The position numbers were made by a program, and so were the translations under genes. From Chiloscyllium plagiosum (Eukaryota), in the NCBI RefSeq assembly GCF_004010195.1, contig NC_057718.1:35416161-35480160 (forward strand): a stretch of DNA of 64,000 nucleotides. Direction: 5' to 3'. Below the pieces are notes generated by a model, which saw nothing but the letters and a program-made list of their open reading frames with translations, was not told where the DNA came from and did not search any database. Numbering within the stretch: position 1 is the stretch's first letter; every line of letters starts with the position of its first letter. Shown here piece by piece: positions 25,111 through 38,163 of the stretch.

Positions 25111-28100
25111 CAAAGTCCCATACTGACAGCCCCACTTCTCATAGTTATCCCTTTATCTGCTGAGACTGATGTTTGATTCCCGAGTCTTTCCATACTCTCT
25201 GTCCTATTACTTGCTCTGGAAACTTTAAGTCACAGTTGCTGTGGCAGATCGTGGAATATAAGGTCACCTCAACAAGGAGGCTCCTCCACTGGTCTGATGG
25301 GAGGGGAACCCAGCCACTTAACATATCCCTTCAATGACTGTGTTCCCTCCATTAATTGCAGGACCCACTTTGTGATATGAAGGCCCCAGCACCAGGATGC
25401 TGGGCCTGCTGCAGGGAGACCTCCTCCTTTGAACTGTCAGTCTCTGTTGTGGCAGAGGGAGCCACTCCACCACCAGCAAAATGGCTGACAGGCTACAGTC
25501 CTTCCTAATTGGGGCAGGCAGCCAATCCACTTCCCAGCCAGCCCCTGGAAATGCTCCCTGGAAGTGGAAACACATCCATTTGTGGCTACACCCTGATGTC
25601 TCCCTACCATTTTCCCAGCCTCTAATCCTACCCAACAGGATTGGGAAATTTCAGCCACTGTTTTCAGTGATGCTGCTTGGGTGAAGATCTTGCAGTTGTT
25701 CTTCGTCATGTAAGTGTTAAGGGTACTTTATATCCACCTGAATAAGCATTTCAGGAATGGCAGGTTTGACAATATATTGCTCTTTCATCTTGTACAAATA
25801 AATACAAAAGATAAGAAATACTTAGAATTTAATCTTTTTTAAAAATTATAGTGGTGGAACAGTGAAGGTTTTAGTTTCTTCCAACTAAAAGGCTTTGAGG
25901 GTGTTGCTGACTGATTATGAATGCCAAAAAGCGATCAGTGGTGTGAATTGTCATACAATGACAGTAACATGTGTACGTACTGGAATCGAAAAATAATGAA
26001 TTAATGTTTTGTATAATGTTACAGCTCATTAAGAATGTGTTATTGCCGCAGGGTTCCTCAGTGTCATTATAAACAAGAACAATCACTGAATGATTGGTTG
26101 GCTGTCCCTTTTTTTTGCAGTCACAAGCATTGGCAAGAGAAAAACTAACAAGGCCCTTGTCTTATTCCCATCACAGTCACTGAAATGTCTGTCTGGTTTC
26201 TTTTTGGCTGCTGCACAGGTTTGGAAGCAAACAAAGGCCAATTCAGTCTCTGATTGACTAACCACCTGCTGTAATCTGACAAAGATGATCATCACAATAC
26301 ACAAGAGCTATTAGGCCAATGCATACACATTGAAATTTATGTGCTAGCATCACTTGGGTTACTTGCTGCAGAAAGAAAATACTTAATCTGCTCAGTTCCT
26401 TTTCCGATAATTCAAAAATACGGCTTTCATACTCACTGCTCCATGAAGATTACGCCTTTGAGACTGTACAAAAGAAAATGATGTAAATTGGAATCAAATC
26501 AGCATTTCACCTTCAACAATTGCAAGTATGACATTCTTAGCAACAAAGAATCTTTCAAAGCATGCAACCAGAACTTTTCACAGCTGAAATGATTATGAAT
26601 GGATAATATAGGATAGCTTGCCTTTTTGAGAAGAATTTGATCATAACCTGCTTAAACTAGCAATAAAGTTCCTATTTTTGTGTAAATCCAATGTAGCAAC
26701 ACATATATTTTATTTAAATGAATGTTTGACTAGCAGATTTGTATACAGTGGACAGAATCTAATTCCCTCCTCTTTAATGACGCTTGGTGGCAGGAGGGCA
26801 TTTAGTCAAATAGGAGGTTGCCAAATGAGGACTTCTTTACTTACTGCATTCTATTGTACATAAAGCACCTTGAGGCTTCACCAAAATCTCTAAAAATGAA
26901 GGATAGTGGGATTATAGTTCATGTCATCTTGTTCCAAATACTGTGCATATATACATATACCACTAGAATCATGCTTGATGCATGAACACACACATAAACA
27001 TTTCCTAGTTTATGTTATTGCTGAAGATGTTATGAAACTAAGATATTATATGACATATAATGGTCAGATCCACAACTGCAAATGCACCTTATGTGGTCAA
27101 TATGTATTAACAGATGTAAAAAGTTTAAGACCTGTAGAGCGTCTAATACAGGCCTACACATGACAATAAATGTTAGGCACAATAAGACCCTAAATGCACT
27201 TGAAGACATTAAAGAGCATTGTCACTGAACACCATAAATAGACACAAGGTAGTAGCATGATCTGCGAAAAACCATCTTTCTTTAAGATTTATTTTACTTG
27301 GCTGTAGTTGCAGCAAGTTACAAAAGAGTATTCCAGACATATGTATCACAGTCGCTGCTTTTCTTTCATTAGTTTTATCAAACACAACTTTAAACTGCAC
27401 CCTATTTTTGCTTCTGAGGAAAGAAAAGGCTCAGGTGTAACAATTTGCAAACCTTTAGCAGTAACTATAGGAATGCTATTGAGCACAAGTTCACTTCTAC
27501 ATGGTATAACTCTTGCTCTTCCAAATACTTAAACTTTTTTGTTCCTATTATTTGAGCTCCTTAGTGAACAGTTTATCTGCAACATGTTCATCAATGCTTG
27601 TGAAGCAATGGGATTATTCTTTCTGCTGAGCCAGAATACGTAGCTTCGAATCCCACCCCAGGACTTCATGGCCACAGGGGTTACGTCCTAATGTGGCCGA
27701 ATAGATTATCAACCTATCAAATGATTATCAATCTACAAAACTCTTACCAGGCAGTGCAAATGGGAGAGTTCCCAGATTTGCGAGAACCAGTGCAACAGCT
27801 CCCTCGTCTTTAAAGACTCCATGCATAGGTTCTCATTATGAGCAAGTGCGATCCATATTCCAAGGGTCTACTACACACTTAGTTAATGAATGCAAAGATT
27901 GTAATTTACCTGGATGGGCGTGATTATAACATTCATCCACTGATGGCCACAACTGAAACTAACATGCAATTTTCTTCAGGGCAAGGCTTGTACCTCATTG
28001 ATGCATAACTACTGTCACAATCAGGCAGAGCAGCATATTCTGTATTACTCTTGAAGATGGTAGATTTTGCTCTTTTGCAATGACTGAATATGTCACGTGA

Positions 28101-29574
28101 TGAGAAAATTGGGTGGAAGACTATTTACTGCAACTTTGCTTAATCACCCATTTAAGACACACAAAGAGAATATTTACAGGAGAAACACAATCATAACACA
28201 CAGGATATTTGGGTCTCAATAGATCAGACCCAGAAGATGACAAACAAAGCACTGACTGATTGGCGTGTTTCACAATACAAACCCAGCAAAGTATCCAAGA
28301 TTACCTTCGCTCCAGGTGTTTCATGCAACTTTATCCTGGAAATGTGCTTTATCACGAAACAAGAGAGCAAACCTAAACCAATGACAGATACGACCCACAA
28401 CCTTGAGCCAGAACAGTCAACAACAATCTCAGAGCATTGTTTGACAGCATTTTTTAGCTGAAATATCTGAATCATGCAATGTAAAACAGACAATAAGGAT
28501 ATGGACTAGCAAAACTGTAACCTTGCTATTGCCTGGAATATTACCTAAAAATCATTGGATGCAAATGCATTTCTCCCGGTTATCTCAACATCCATTATCT
28601 TAAGTAGACTCTCACCAGAGTACCAGAAAACAACATATTTCACTATTGGTCAGAGTATAGGGCAAATTGGCAGAACTTATTGGAATAAAGCTTCCTGTTT
28701 TTAACCATCACCTTGCAGTTGATCAAACCAGTTTTTCAAGATTACAAAGATGGAGTAGTTCCTGACAAACTGTTAGGTAAAGAAGTCAAATACTGGAGAA
28801 CAAATTAAAAATTGGAAAGCAGCAAGATGAAGTCTGTCGTATAAACTATCACAGGAATTAATTTGCACAGTAGGTTATCATTGATGGCTAATCAGGAAAT
28901 AATTAGTGTATTTTTGTAAAGAGAAGGGATTGAGCAATTTATGAAAACAGATGCTGTGATCTGGGAAAAAGCAATGAACATGTTGGACCATTTCCTGTTT
29001 ATAAAGTTGTTGTTCTTCTGTTCTTAAATACTGGAAGCAAGCCGTAACTATATTCAGGTATTAATTCTCATAATATTTGTCAATTAATGTAAGACAATTG
29101 ATTGGACCTTCTACAGACATAAAAGGAAACATATTTATTTAGTGTTTCATTGTTTCTGATTATTTTATGTTCACCAACATGAAATATGGAAACTCCTATA
29201 AAGGTAAAGGCTGCAGATGGTTTTCATGCCAAAACGTTTTGCAGAAAGCAATCTGAGGAATAGGAAGTTATTCTATTTTTTGTTAATGTTGCTTGAAGAA
29301 GAAATGTTGACCTGAGCATCAAGGGGTGGGAGCTTTCTATGCGTGTTATAGCATCTGATGTGTGTTTTGCCTCCAGCAGGGCATCGTTACTTGTTGTGGC
29401 AATGTTTATGTTATCCCTTGTATCATAAGAAACTAGGATAGGGGTAACATGGTATTGAAACATCCAACAGACAGTTATTATTGCTCACGAATACATACAA
29501 ATATTACACTCACAGGCACAGGTCTGGGTAACGTTAAGATATTGAATTATAAAGAGCAACATGCTTCTAGTCCC

Positions 29575-30135
29575 AATTTAAGGTGAAGTCTGAGACCTTT
29601 ATACCCTCAGGTCACAAACTATTACACAGTGATGATATCAACAGCATCTCTCTATCTGTGAGACACAATACAACAGCAACTTTAATAACAACCTCAAGAA
29701 AGAAATTGGAGACTCACTTCAATGTATGACCCAGAGGGTGGCACCTCTGATGGTGCAGCATGGGCGGCACCATGGCTCAGTGGTTAGCACTGCTGCCTCA
29801 CAGTGCCACAGACCTAGGTTCGATTCCAGTCTCGGGCAACTGTCTGTGTGGAGTTTGCACATTCTCCCCGTGTCTGCGTGGGGTTCCTCCAGGTGCTCCG
29901 GTTACCTCCCACAATCCAAAGATGTGCAGTTCAGGTGAATTGGCCATGCTAAATTGCCCTATAGTGTTAGGTTCATTAGTCAGAGGGAAATGGGTCTGGG
30001 TGGGTTACTCTTCGGAGGGTCGGTGTGGACTGGTTGAGACGAAGGGCCTGTTTCTACACTGTAGGGTATCTAATCTATCTAAAAAAAAAAAATCCCTGAG
30101 CATTTCAGCACAGTGTCAACTTTAACTATTATCTG
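29575..30135 (-). mobile_element. Decayed Deu-domain SINE relic interrupted by HE1 SINE
   Basis: 'ggtggcacctctgatggtgcagca | atccctgagcatttcagcacagtgtcaac' on either side of the HE1 copy resembles the antisense DeuSINE segment. Confidence 0.4.
29762..30080 (+). mobile_element. HE1-type V-SINE
   Basis: Full head gggcggcaccatggctcagtggttagc, V-domain, tctaatct tail followed by an A-run. Confidence 0.92.
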
Positions 30136-32064
30136 GAGTTACTTTCTACTCCACTGTCAATAAGCTGTTTAATGTATTAAACCATGCTTTCACTAAGCTA
30201 CTGCTAGCTGAATACCAGGAGCCTTGAGAAATATTCTATTGCATATCTTTTATGACAAGGCTCTTTGTGGCAGATATCAGGGTTCTAGCTTCTTCAACAA
30301 TCTGACAACTGCATTACCATAGCTCAGAATTTATCTTGCTTTGTCTTAAATAAAAATGTGTTAACACTGTAACATTCAACAGTTGTTGAACCTTTCTAAA
30401 GGTACCAGTGCAAAATGCAATTAAACTAGCCAATGGGATAGGTAGCTATGTGAGATGCTCGCTAGTATCTGCTAATATTGCTATGTGACTGGCCATTTGC
30501 CAAATTATAAAAAGTCTGAGTTGATTCAATCTTTTAGCCTCCCACTAGGGGCCTTTCTTATTTCTACTTGTGCAATGTCCTTCTGGCATTGCTCACTGCC
30601 ATGTCCTCTCCCATGGCAATGAAGCAGAGTAATATCTAATGCACTAAGTCAAACCATTATGGAGATCGTAAAAGTTTTGCAGAAGTTAACCTCAGAAATA
30701 TGTGGCTGACTCTTGCTAACTGCTCTTGGGTTCAGGATCTATGGGTGGATTTTTCTGATTCTTTCAATCATGGGCGAGAAAGTTGGGAAAATACGATGAA
30801 GTTGAAAAAAGGCAGATTCCCAAATTGGAGAAAAAGTTCTGATTTTCCTGTTAAGGCTTAAACTGTGAGTTTTGAATCTGGCTAATTAAAGGTGACTACC
30901 TTCCATGCATTTGCATCTAATTATAAGCTATCTCTTCATTGCTATGCAGCTCTGAATTCTCCGCTCCTTCCTGGAGAAAGTAGACAGCATCAATTCTTGA
31001 CGTGAAAGTCAAAGTGGTTCACCTGGCTGTAGGAGATTGTCTTTTTGTTTTGTCCAGGCCATCGGACGACTGTTTTCACCACAACATTCCTGCATACTCC
31101 ATAGACTCAGTCTATGTCAGCATCCCCAAAACATCAGTCTCACCACATTAATAAGGCTGCTTTCAGACTAACTCAGAAATCACTTTAGCCTTTCAGGCCT
31201 TCACTGTGGAACTCAGGTATATTCTCCCACCAGGTCACTTTCCCCTCAGGTATATGTTTGTCATGCCATACATCTGCATGGATGGATCTTACTAGTTCTT
31301 AACTTACTTTATTAATGCTCACTTACTTTATGCTTACTTCAAGGCTACCAGTCTATGTGACTTGCATTGTTTCTCAGGGAACAGGCTCTTCAATGTTAAC
31401 ATACAGGGCTGTCAGTCTCTGTGTCTTGTATTAGTTTTCAGCACAAAGGGAGAGAGAGAGAGACATATCAAAGCACTGAACAGTCAAGGGAATGGACATG
31501 TCACTGTGTGGCACCATGCTGCGTTAATGTCACTGCTGCAGTACATGCCAGCAAAGTGCACAGCAAACATACAGCATGTGCTTCAGCCAATGGCTACATC
31601 TGAAAGTCAAAGGGAAAAAGCCCTTAGTGGGGTCAGGAGGGCTATAATCAGTTAGGGAGTGCCACCACAGACTGGCCAGGGTCTTGTCTGATTACAGTTT
31701 ATGGATTAGGCCACAATCAATCAGCTACTTGGTCTTACCAAATCTGGGAATCCATCAACATGCAGTCTGTCAGTTGAACCATGGACAGTCCTGCACAGTC
31801 TAGAGATTATGAGTTGATCATTTGGGTTCTGTAGACATAACAGCCCAAGGAGCAGACCAGTAGACATGTCTTCCAAACAGTCCAAGAGGTGAATTGCACT
31901 CAGTCCTGTGGAATCAGTCATTGATGCTCAGGAGGCTAATTGGTGGCAGTTCACAGAGCCCTGAGGTAAATAGGAAACTCAGGTCTGAGATTGGATTTTA
32001 TTGCACTGGGTAATTGAGGAAATGATTACAGTGAAAGTGGGCAATTAAGGATAGAACGGCAGGA

Positions 32065-32351
32065 CTCATAGAATCTCTACAGTGTCCTTTGGCCCATTGA
32101 GTCTACACTAACCCTCCAAAGGTCATCCCAAGCCAGACTCACCCTATCCCTGTGGCCCTACATTTCGTGTTGCCAATCCACCTAACCTGCACATCTTCGG
32201 ACTGTGGAAAGAAAACGGAACACCCGGAGGAAACACATGCAGATACGAGGAGAATGTGCAAACTTCACACAGACAGTCACCCAAGGTGGAATTGAACCCA
32301 TGTACCCAGTGCTGTGAGGCTGCAGTGCTAATGACTAAGCCACTGTGCCGC
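32065..32351 (-). mobile_element. HE1-type V-SINE (older, shorter variant)
   Basis: Reverse-complement family motifs. Confidence 0.85.
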
Positions 32352-33199
32352 TCTAGTTGAGCACAGGAAGGAAGGGGAGCATGGGAGGAGGTGTTTGCAC
32401 TGGTCACTATCATTCTGGCCTCAACATGGGAACATTATAAAGTCAACAAAGGCACAGTGAATCACAAAGCCATGGACCGGGATAAACAGGGATATTAACG
32501 ATTATAAAGGAAATGGAAGGAAGCTGAAAGTTCACTGGGGACACAGGAACAGGAACATAAAACAGAATATAAAATATGGGGGAGATCATCCTGCATCTCA
32601 TTTTAGAGTCTGCAAGTCAGAGGAGTGGACACAAAGTTGAGAACTTACCATCTTTGATTCAAAGTTAACTGCGCAATGAGACAAAGTGGCTGCCACCACA
32701 TGGAGAGAGGTCAAAAGAGGTCACTGTTTTGTACAGATGCCACACAGTTGCTTCTTGAAATGTGCTGGGTCATAAATTTTCACTGGAGCAGTAATGATGA
32801 CAGCTACCCATTCATTCTGATGTTGCTCCAGCAGATGATGCAGTTCAGTGGTGATGGCTGGGGACATTGTCAGTTTGTGCCTGCATTGTGTTTCCAGGAG
32901 CTGTAGAAAATGACAGTGAAATCGGTATCTGCGAGGTCTGGTTGTTTGTCTGCACTTCCTTGGTGGATCTTGACCTTCTGCTTGTCCCTCTGGAGTCTGT
33001 GCAGCAGCTGTTGAAGATTCCTCTTCTTGTGGGCCTTGCTGACAACTTTGTAAATGTTCTCTCCTTCAGTGCTATCTCCACTTGTACAGTAGAGCTATAA
33101 GGAAACTATCACTGCCATGTCCGTATCAAACGGGTGAGATGATAATCAGTGGGGAATATCAGAAATGGAACAGAATTTCAATTATGTTGCAAGAGCAAA

Positions 33200-33312
33200 T
33201 TATTGCAGATGCTGAAAACAAAAAATGCTGGAGATCACAGCAAGCCAGGCAGCATCTGTGGAGAGAAAGCAAGCTGACAATTCAAATCTAGATGACTGTT
33301 CATCAGAGCTGA
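33200..33312 (-). mobile_element. Penelope-like terminal fragment (decayed hammerhead core)
   Basis: Minus strand 'ctctgatgaacagtcatctagatttgaattgtc...tctccacagatgctgcctggcttgctg'. Confidence 0.6.
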
Positions 33313-34006
33313 TATGAATTAGCCATACCTTTTGTGCCACTTTCTTCCTTTGTTTTCACGAAGTACTGGCTTGGATGGAATAGAATTGTCTTCATGGCAA
33401 CCAAGGGTCTTCACAGGTTTAAGCTATTATTGGTTTATAATCTTTAAGTTTGTTTTACTTTGTGTGTTTTTGATATAAAAATAAAAAAAACCAGATCACT
33501 CCTGTTATCTAATCACAACAGAGAAGCCCAACAGAGAAAGTAGGTCAGTTTGTGAATCAAATATTTGATGTATAATTAACAAAAACAAGCTTTGTGGAAG
33601 GAGTACAAAGAAAAATATCAGAAGGTATTTTATCAAAGCGCTTCTGTTTTGAAAGAAAGGTAGTTATTTTTCTTTTTCACTGCCTATCAGCTTTAGTTCT
33701 TATCTATTATTATTCTGGCTTTTGCTTCCACATTCTTAAATGCTTAAAGACCGAGGGCCAGATGTTTGCAGAACCAGCACAAAAAGGCCTTTAAAAATTG
33801 CCAGAAAGACCCAATTCCAATATTCCCCCTCCATTCCCAACTCTTGCATTTTCCTCTGGTGCAGCATAAGGGTGCAGGTAGTGAGCCTGGTAGATTCCAT
33901 TACACAGATGGGGAACACATACTCCCCTGAAATTTTTATGAGAAGCGACCAGCTTCTCAAGGGCTCATGTTTCCTCGGCCCCTCAGAGAAGGTTAGATTA
34001 TTTACA

Positions 34007-34330
34007 TAGATTAGATTAGATTACTTACAGTGTGGAAACAGGCCCTTCAGCCCAACAAGTCCACACCAACCCTCCGAAGAGCAACCCACCCAGACCCATT
34101 CCCCTACATTTAACCCTTCACCTAACAGTACGGGCAATTTAGCATGGCCAATTCACCTAACCTGCACATTTTTGGACTGTGGGCAGAAACGGGAGCACCT
34201 GGAGGAAACCCACGCAGACACGGGGAGAATGTGCAAACTCCACACAGACAGTTGCCTGAGGCGGGAATTGAACTCAGGTCTCTGGCACTGTGAGACAGCT
34301 GTGCTAACCACTGTGCCACCGTACCACCAC
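34007..34330 (-). mobile_element. HE1-type V-SINE, 3' partner of the 18S fragment
   Basis: Complete head to (tctaa)n tail on the minus strand. Confidence 0.92.
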
Positions 34331-34341
34331 TTTTTTTTCTT

Positions 34342-34541
34342 TCCCCGCATGGGTTAGCGCTCGTTTGCATGTATTAGCTCTAGAATTACCACAGTTATCC
34401 AAGTAGCATTTGGAGCGATCAAAGGAACCATAACTGATTTAATGAGCCATTCGCAGTTTCACTGTACTGTCCGTGAGTACTTAGACATTCATGGCTTAAT
34501 CTTTGAGACAAGCATATGCTACTGGTAGGATCAACCAGGTA
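34342..34541 (-). pseudogene. 18S rRNA 5'-end retrocopy (first ~200 nt)
   Basis: Minus strand TACCTGGTTGATCCTaCCAGTAGCATATGCTTGTCTCAAAGATTAAGCCATG...GAAACTGCGAATGGCTCATTAAATCAGTTATGGTTCCTTTG...GGATAACTGTGGTAATTCTAGAGCTAATACATGC; substitutions at conserved sites; no other rDNA nearby. Confidence 0.97.
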
Positions 34542-36147
34542 GGCATGAATGATAGACTAGATTTGGGAACCTTTCAAAAATTATGTTCAATAGATCTTAT
34601 CCATGACCCTTCCATGCCCTCAAGCGTCCCCATTCTCCCCATGGGCTGTACATAGCCCCCTACATCTTCCTGCCCCTTCATGACACAGAATTTCCCCATT
34701 TCCTTTCATAGTTCCCTGTATACTCCATACCTATTGTGGCCTATAGAACCAACTATTGAACCATATAATAAAATTTGCAAGTGTTGTTATGTATTTAAGG
34801 AAAAAATGTCAGAAACCTCATTTGAAAATATAACTGCTGTTATTACTACCTTATATATATGTCAATCTGACAGAATTTATAATGTAAATAATGGAAACAT
34901 TACCTCACGTCATAGCATCAACATATCCAAATAAAATATAGATATTGAAAGAAAAAGATCAAAGAAAAAAACTTACTACATCCCCATATAACTGTTAATC
35001 AATCAAGGTGAGCACTATACTTTCATCTGTGAAAACAGATTTCTCCTGAATCAATCCATTAGTGAGGCTTGAAGCTCAACCAATCATTCATAACTAAGCA
35101 ATCTGTGAACTATAATAACAAAAGCAGATAGCCAGGTAGCTGTTTCTTCAGATGGCCTTATTCCGAATGTCTGGCTGAGCTTCAAGATTCACTGAAGGAT
35201 TAGCTCAGATGTTGGTGTGTTTTTGCAGGCTAAATGCAATGACTGATATATGAATTTATAGTAAGTTACTCCTCCTTTGAATTGTTTGTTTCCATGTCTA
35301 AGTTTATTTCACAGACTAAGACAGAAGTGAAGTAAAGCTTCTATTATTTATACTATTCTTACGGTCCTCAGGGAGACTGTTAACATTTAAAAAGATATTC
35401 AAACTTCAAATTAATAGCTAAGAGAATGTCTCATCAAAATTTCACATTTTAAGATGTTTACTGCAACAAATGACTAAAGACAACTTAACAAAACAATCTT
35501 TTCAATCAACTTAAAATTTAAACCACAGAACAGAAGGTTCCCTTTCCATTCTTAGCCCAACCAAAAATACACATTGACCAGGTTTACTTATTTACTTGAT
35601 ATACATTACAGTATCCTTCATATAGAAAGTCATTTTCACCCGAATTATTCTAAAGGATTCTTAACTGTCAAGGATATATTCCTGTTCTTTTTTTAAATTT
35701 TCAGATGGTAATTTTCAGTTTTAGAACTGGATCTCACAGTGGTGTTTTCTTTTGCCAGAAATGTTTCCTCTAGCCCAAGCTAGGCCAATCCCTACTAAAG
35801 TGCTCTTCTCAATCAGAACATGAACTTCCACCTGAATCCCTGTGTGAAAAGGCATGCAAATTCTTTTAATGTTCCTTATTGATCCAGGCAGACTGAAAGA
35901 CAAGGTCTATCAAATTCAGTGATATTCCAGGATAGCTTGAAATCTGACTGTCACAATATCTTTTTCTGCATCCTTCCCTACAGTAATGTGAATCACATGT
36001 CTACTATCTAGGTAGAAGTGCTATTTAGTGATTCTTGAGGTCCCAAATCTCTTTCATCTTGGAATTAAATGGATGGTTTTTGGAATAGTTGTTTACAATC
36101 CAACACTCTCAATGCTGTACAGGCTTTGGAATGTCATTCCTGAGGCA

Positions 36148-36840
36148 GATTAGAATTAGAATTAGAATTAGCCTTTATTGTCCCACATACTCCAATGGGT
36201 ACAGTGAAAAGATTATATGTCGGCACTTAGAACACCTTCTCAAGTACAAAGGTAACAAGATACAGCTTCTTTGGTTACAAAATCTTAGAAAATAAAGAAA
36301 TAAAATGTCCTTCATTGCAGAAATAAAAGTTCATGGTCTTCCAACCCAAACCACATTGGCAGCTAAACTCCAGTCCGCAGCAAGCCCTACCTCCAGACCA
36401 CGCGGGGCTTCACCTTGAGATTCATCAGGCTGGGAGATCACTTCACACTGCCATGCCAGGCCAAGGAGATTACAATAGTCAGGGAGGCCACTATGCCAGA
36501 CCAGGAGGCCACCACACCACACCGGGATGCCACTTCAGGAAGTCGTGTGCCAGACCAGGAAGTCACCACACCACACCGGAATATTACTATGGGAGGTCGC
36601 AGTGCCATGCCAGGAGGCCACTGCAGGAGGTCACCACATCACAGCAGGAGGCCACTATGGGAGGCTGCTGTGCTACGCCAGCAGGCCACTATGGGAGGTC
36701 ACCATGCCACACCAGGATACCACTACGGAAGGTTGCTGTGCCAGGCCAGTTGGCCCCTCTAGGAGATCACCATGTCACCCGAGGAAACCTTAGTGCTAGG
36801 CCAGGAGGTCACCACGCCACGCCGGGAAGCCACTATGGAA
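36148..36840 (-). mobile_element. Non-autonomous retroposon with AATAAA and (ttctaa)n tail and an internal GC-rich minisatellite
   Basis: Minus 3' end 'cttttcactgtacccattggagtatgtgggacaataaaggctaattctaattctaat' matches 49850-49907 (+); tandem array at 36480-36840. Confidence 0.6.
36480..36840 (+). repeat. Degenerate minisatellite, ~34-nt higher-order unit (caccatgccacaccaggaggccactatgggaggt)
   Basis: Recurrent ggaggccac/ggaggtcac subunits spaced ~14 and ~20 nt. Confidence 0.85.
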
Positions 36841-37033
36841 ATTTTCCATTTGCTGCATACGTTTTGGGAAAAGGTGCACCAAATGGCAAGATGGTTGTTT
36901 TGGGTGAGTGGGTGTATGCCGAAATTAGATCCTCAGATGTGGACCCAAGAGGTTGCCAAGTGTCATTTTGGATAAGCCAAAAAGTCGCCATGACTCCGGG
37001 AACATCTAAGATGCTGTTAGCATACAGTGAGTT

Positions 37034-37140
37034 GAGCTCTGAGGAAGTGTCACTGGACCTGAAACGTTGACTCTGATTGCTCTCAAAAGATGCTGCCAGA
37101 CCTGCCGAGCTTTTCTGGCAATTTCTATTTATGCTTCTGC
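37034..37140 (+). mobile_element. Penelope-like terminal fragment with hammerhead-like core
   Basis: CTGAGGA-agtgtcactggacct-GAAAC-GTT then 'gatgctgccagacctgccgagcttttctggc', same family as the 3750 insert. Confidence 0.7.
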
Positions 37141-37660
37141 TACCATTTTGGTTGCTGCCATTGATTCCATGTCTAAATACGTTGAATCTTCTTCCCAGTA
37201 AAACAATGTCAGGTTTCTAATTATAGTTAGACAACAGAGCAGGTCACCTGACATCAGCTTTCATTTAACCTAAGTTTAAAGACACAGTACCAAAGTATAG
37301 CAAATGTTCATTATAATGCTATAATGGTTGTTTGATTGACACATTTTAGAATCTGAAAGCAACAGTTTTCTCAATGCAGATTTTTGAATGGGTGTCACTT
37401 TTAATGCATTTCAAGAAAATCTGTTGTTATTATATGGCTTATTGCACAGAGGAAGTAGCAAGGCAGGTGGTATGGAAGTGACTTGGAGAATGGATGGCAT
37501 GTGATGGGTTTTGATGGGTAAAGACTAGAGGTATTAAACAGTTTTGAATATAACTGGGATGAAATCCAGAGAATTGAAGGAAACCTGTGAACCAGCCTGC
37601 CTCAGGAACCACTTCCACACACTGTTTCCAGAGTAAAAAGGCATGATTCAGTGGTGGCCT

Positions 37661-38054
37661 TGGAGTGTCAGTGGAAGGAAACTGGTTGGGTTGGCAGGAG
37701 AGGAAGAAAGGCAGGGCTTGGAAGTCTTTGTCATGGCAGATAGATGTGTCCATGGTGAAGATGAGGCACTGGGGACTAGGAAACCAAAAGTTATGGAGGA
37801 GGTGGAAGGCATGGGTGGTGTCCCAAATATATATAGGGAGATCCTGGACCAAAGGGGATAGGACCGTGTCAAGGTGTGAGGAGATAAGTCCGGTGGGGTA
37901 GGTGCAGGCTGAGATGATGGGTCGATGGGGCAGTCAGGTGTGAATTTTGGGTAAGAGGTAGAACCAGGCGATGCTGGGTTCCCAAATTATGAGGCTAGAG
38001 GCTATGGGTGGGAGATCCCCTGAGGTGATCAGTTTGTGGATGATCTAGGAGATG
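37661..38054 (-). mobile_element. Penelope-like element reverse transcriptase fragment
   Basis: Minus translation LITSGDLPPIASSLI..FYLLPKIH.PDCP..RPIISAC..ISSHLDTVLSPLVQDLPIYIWDTTHAFHLL..LIFTMD. Confidence 0.85.
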
Positions 38055-38163
38055 AAACTGTCATCTCTTAGCCCCCTTGGCAAACCCCCCTCCCACATTC
38101 CTGATGCTTATGCTCAAAACATCGACTCTCCTGCTCCTCAGGTACTTTTCCAGCACCACTCTT
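38055..38163 (+). mobile_element. Penelope-like 3' terminus in opposite orientation to the adjacent RT fragment
   Basis: 'cccacattcctgatg..cttatgctcaaaacatcgactctcctgctcctc..cttttccagc', same family as the 52621 insert. Confidence 0.7.

Noticed and set aside
28224..28493. Possible minus-strand exon (AG..AAG|GTAATC)
   Set aside because: No recognisable product and no partner exons
34342..34541. Functional rRNA gene
   Set aside because: Only ~200 nt of 18S, substitutions at conserved positions, no ETS/ITS/5.8S/28S context
36480..36840. CRISPR-like repeat array
   Set aside because: Degenerate tandem units without unique spacers, eukaryotic context, no cas genes
36333..37070. Longest ORF (245 aa, His/Gly/Pro-rich)
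   Set aside because: Open because it crosses a stop-poor minisatellite (other frames are also open) and ends in a PLE terminus; no protein family signal
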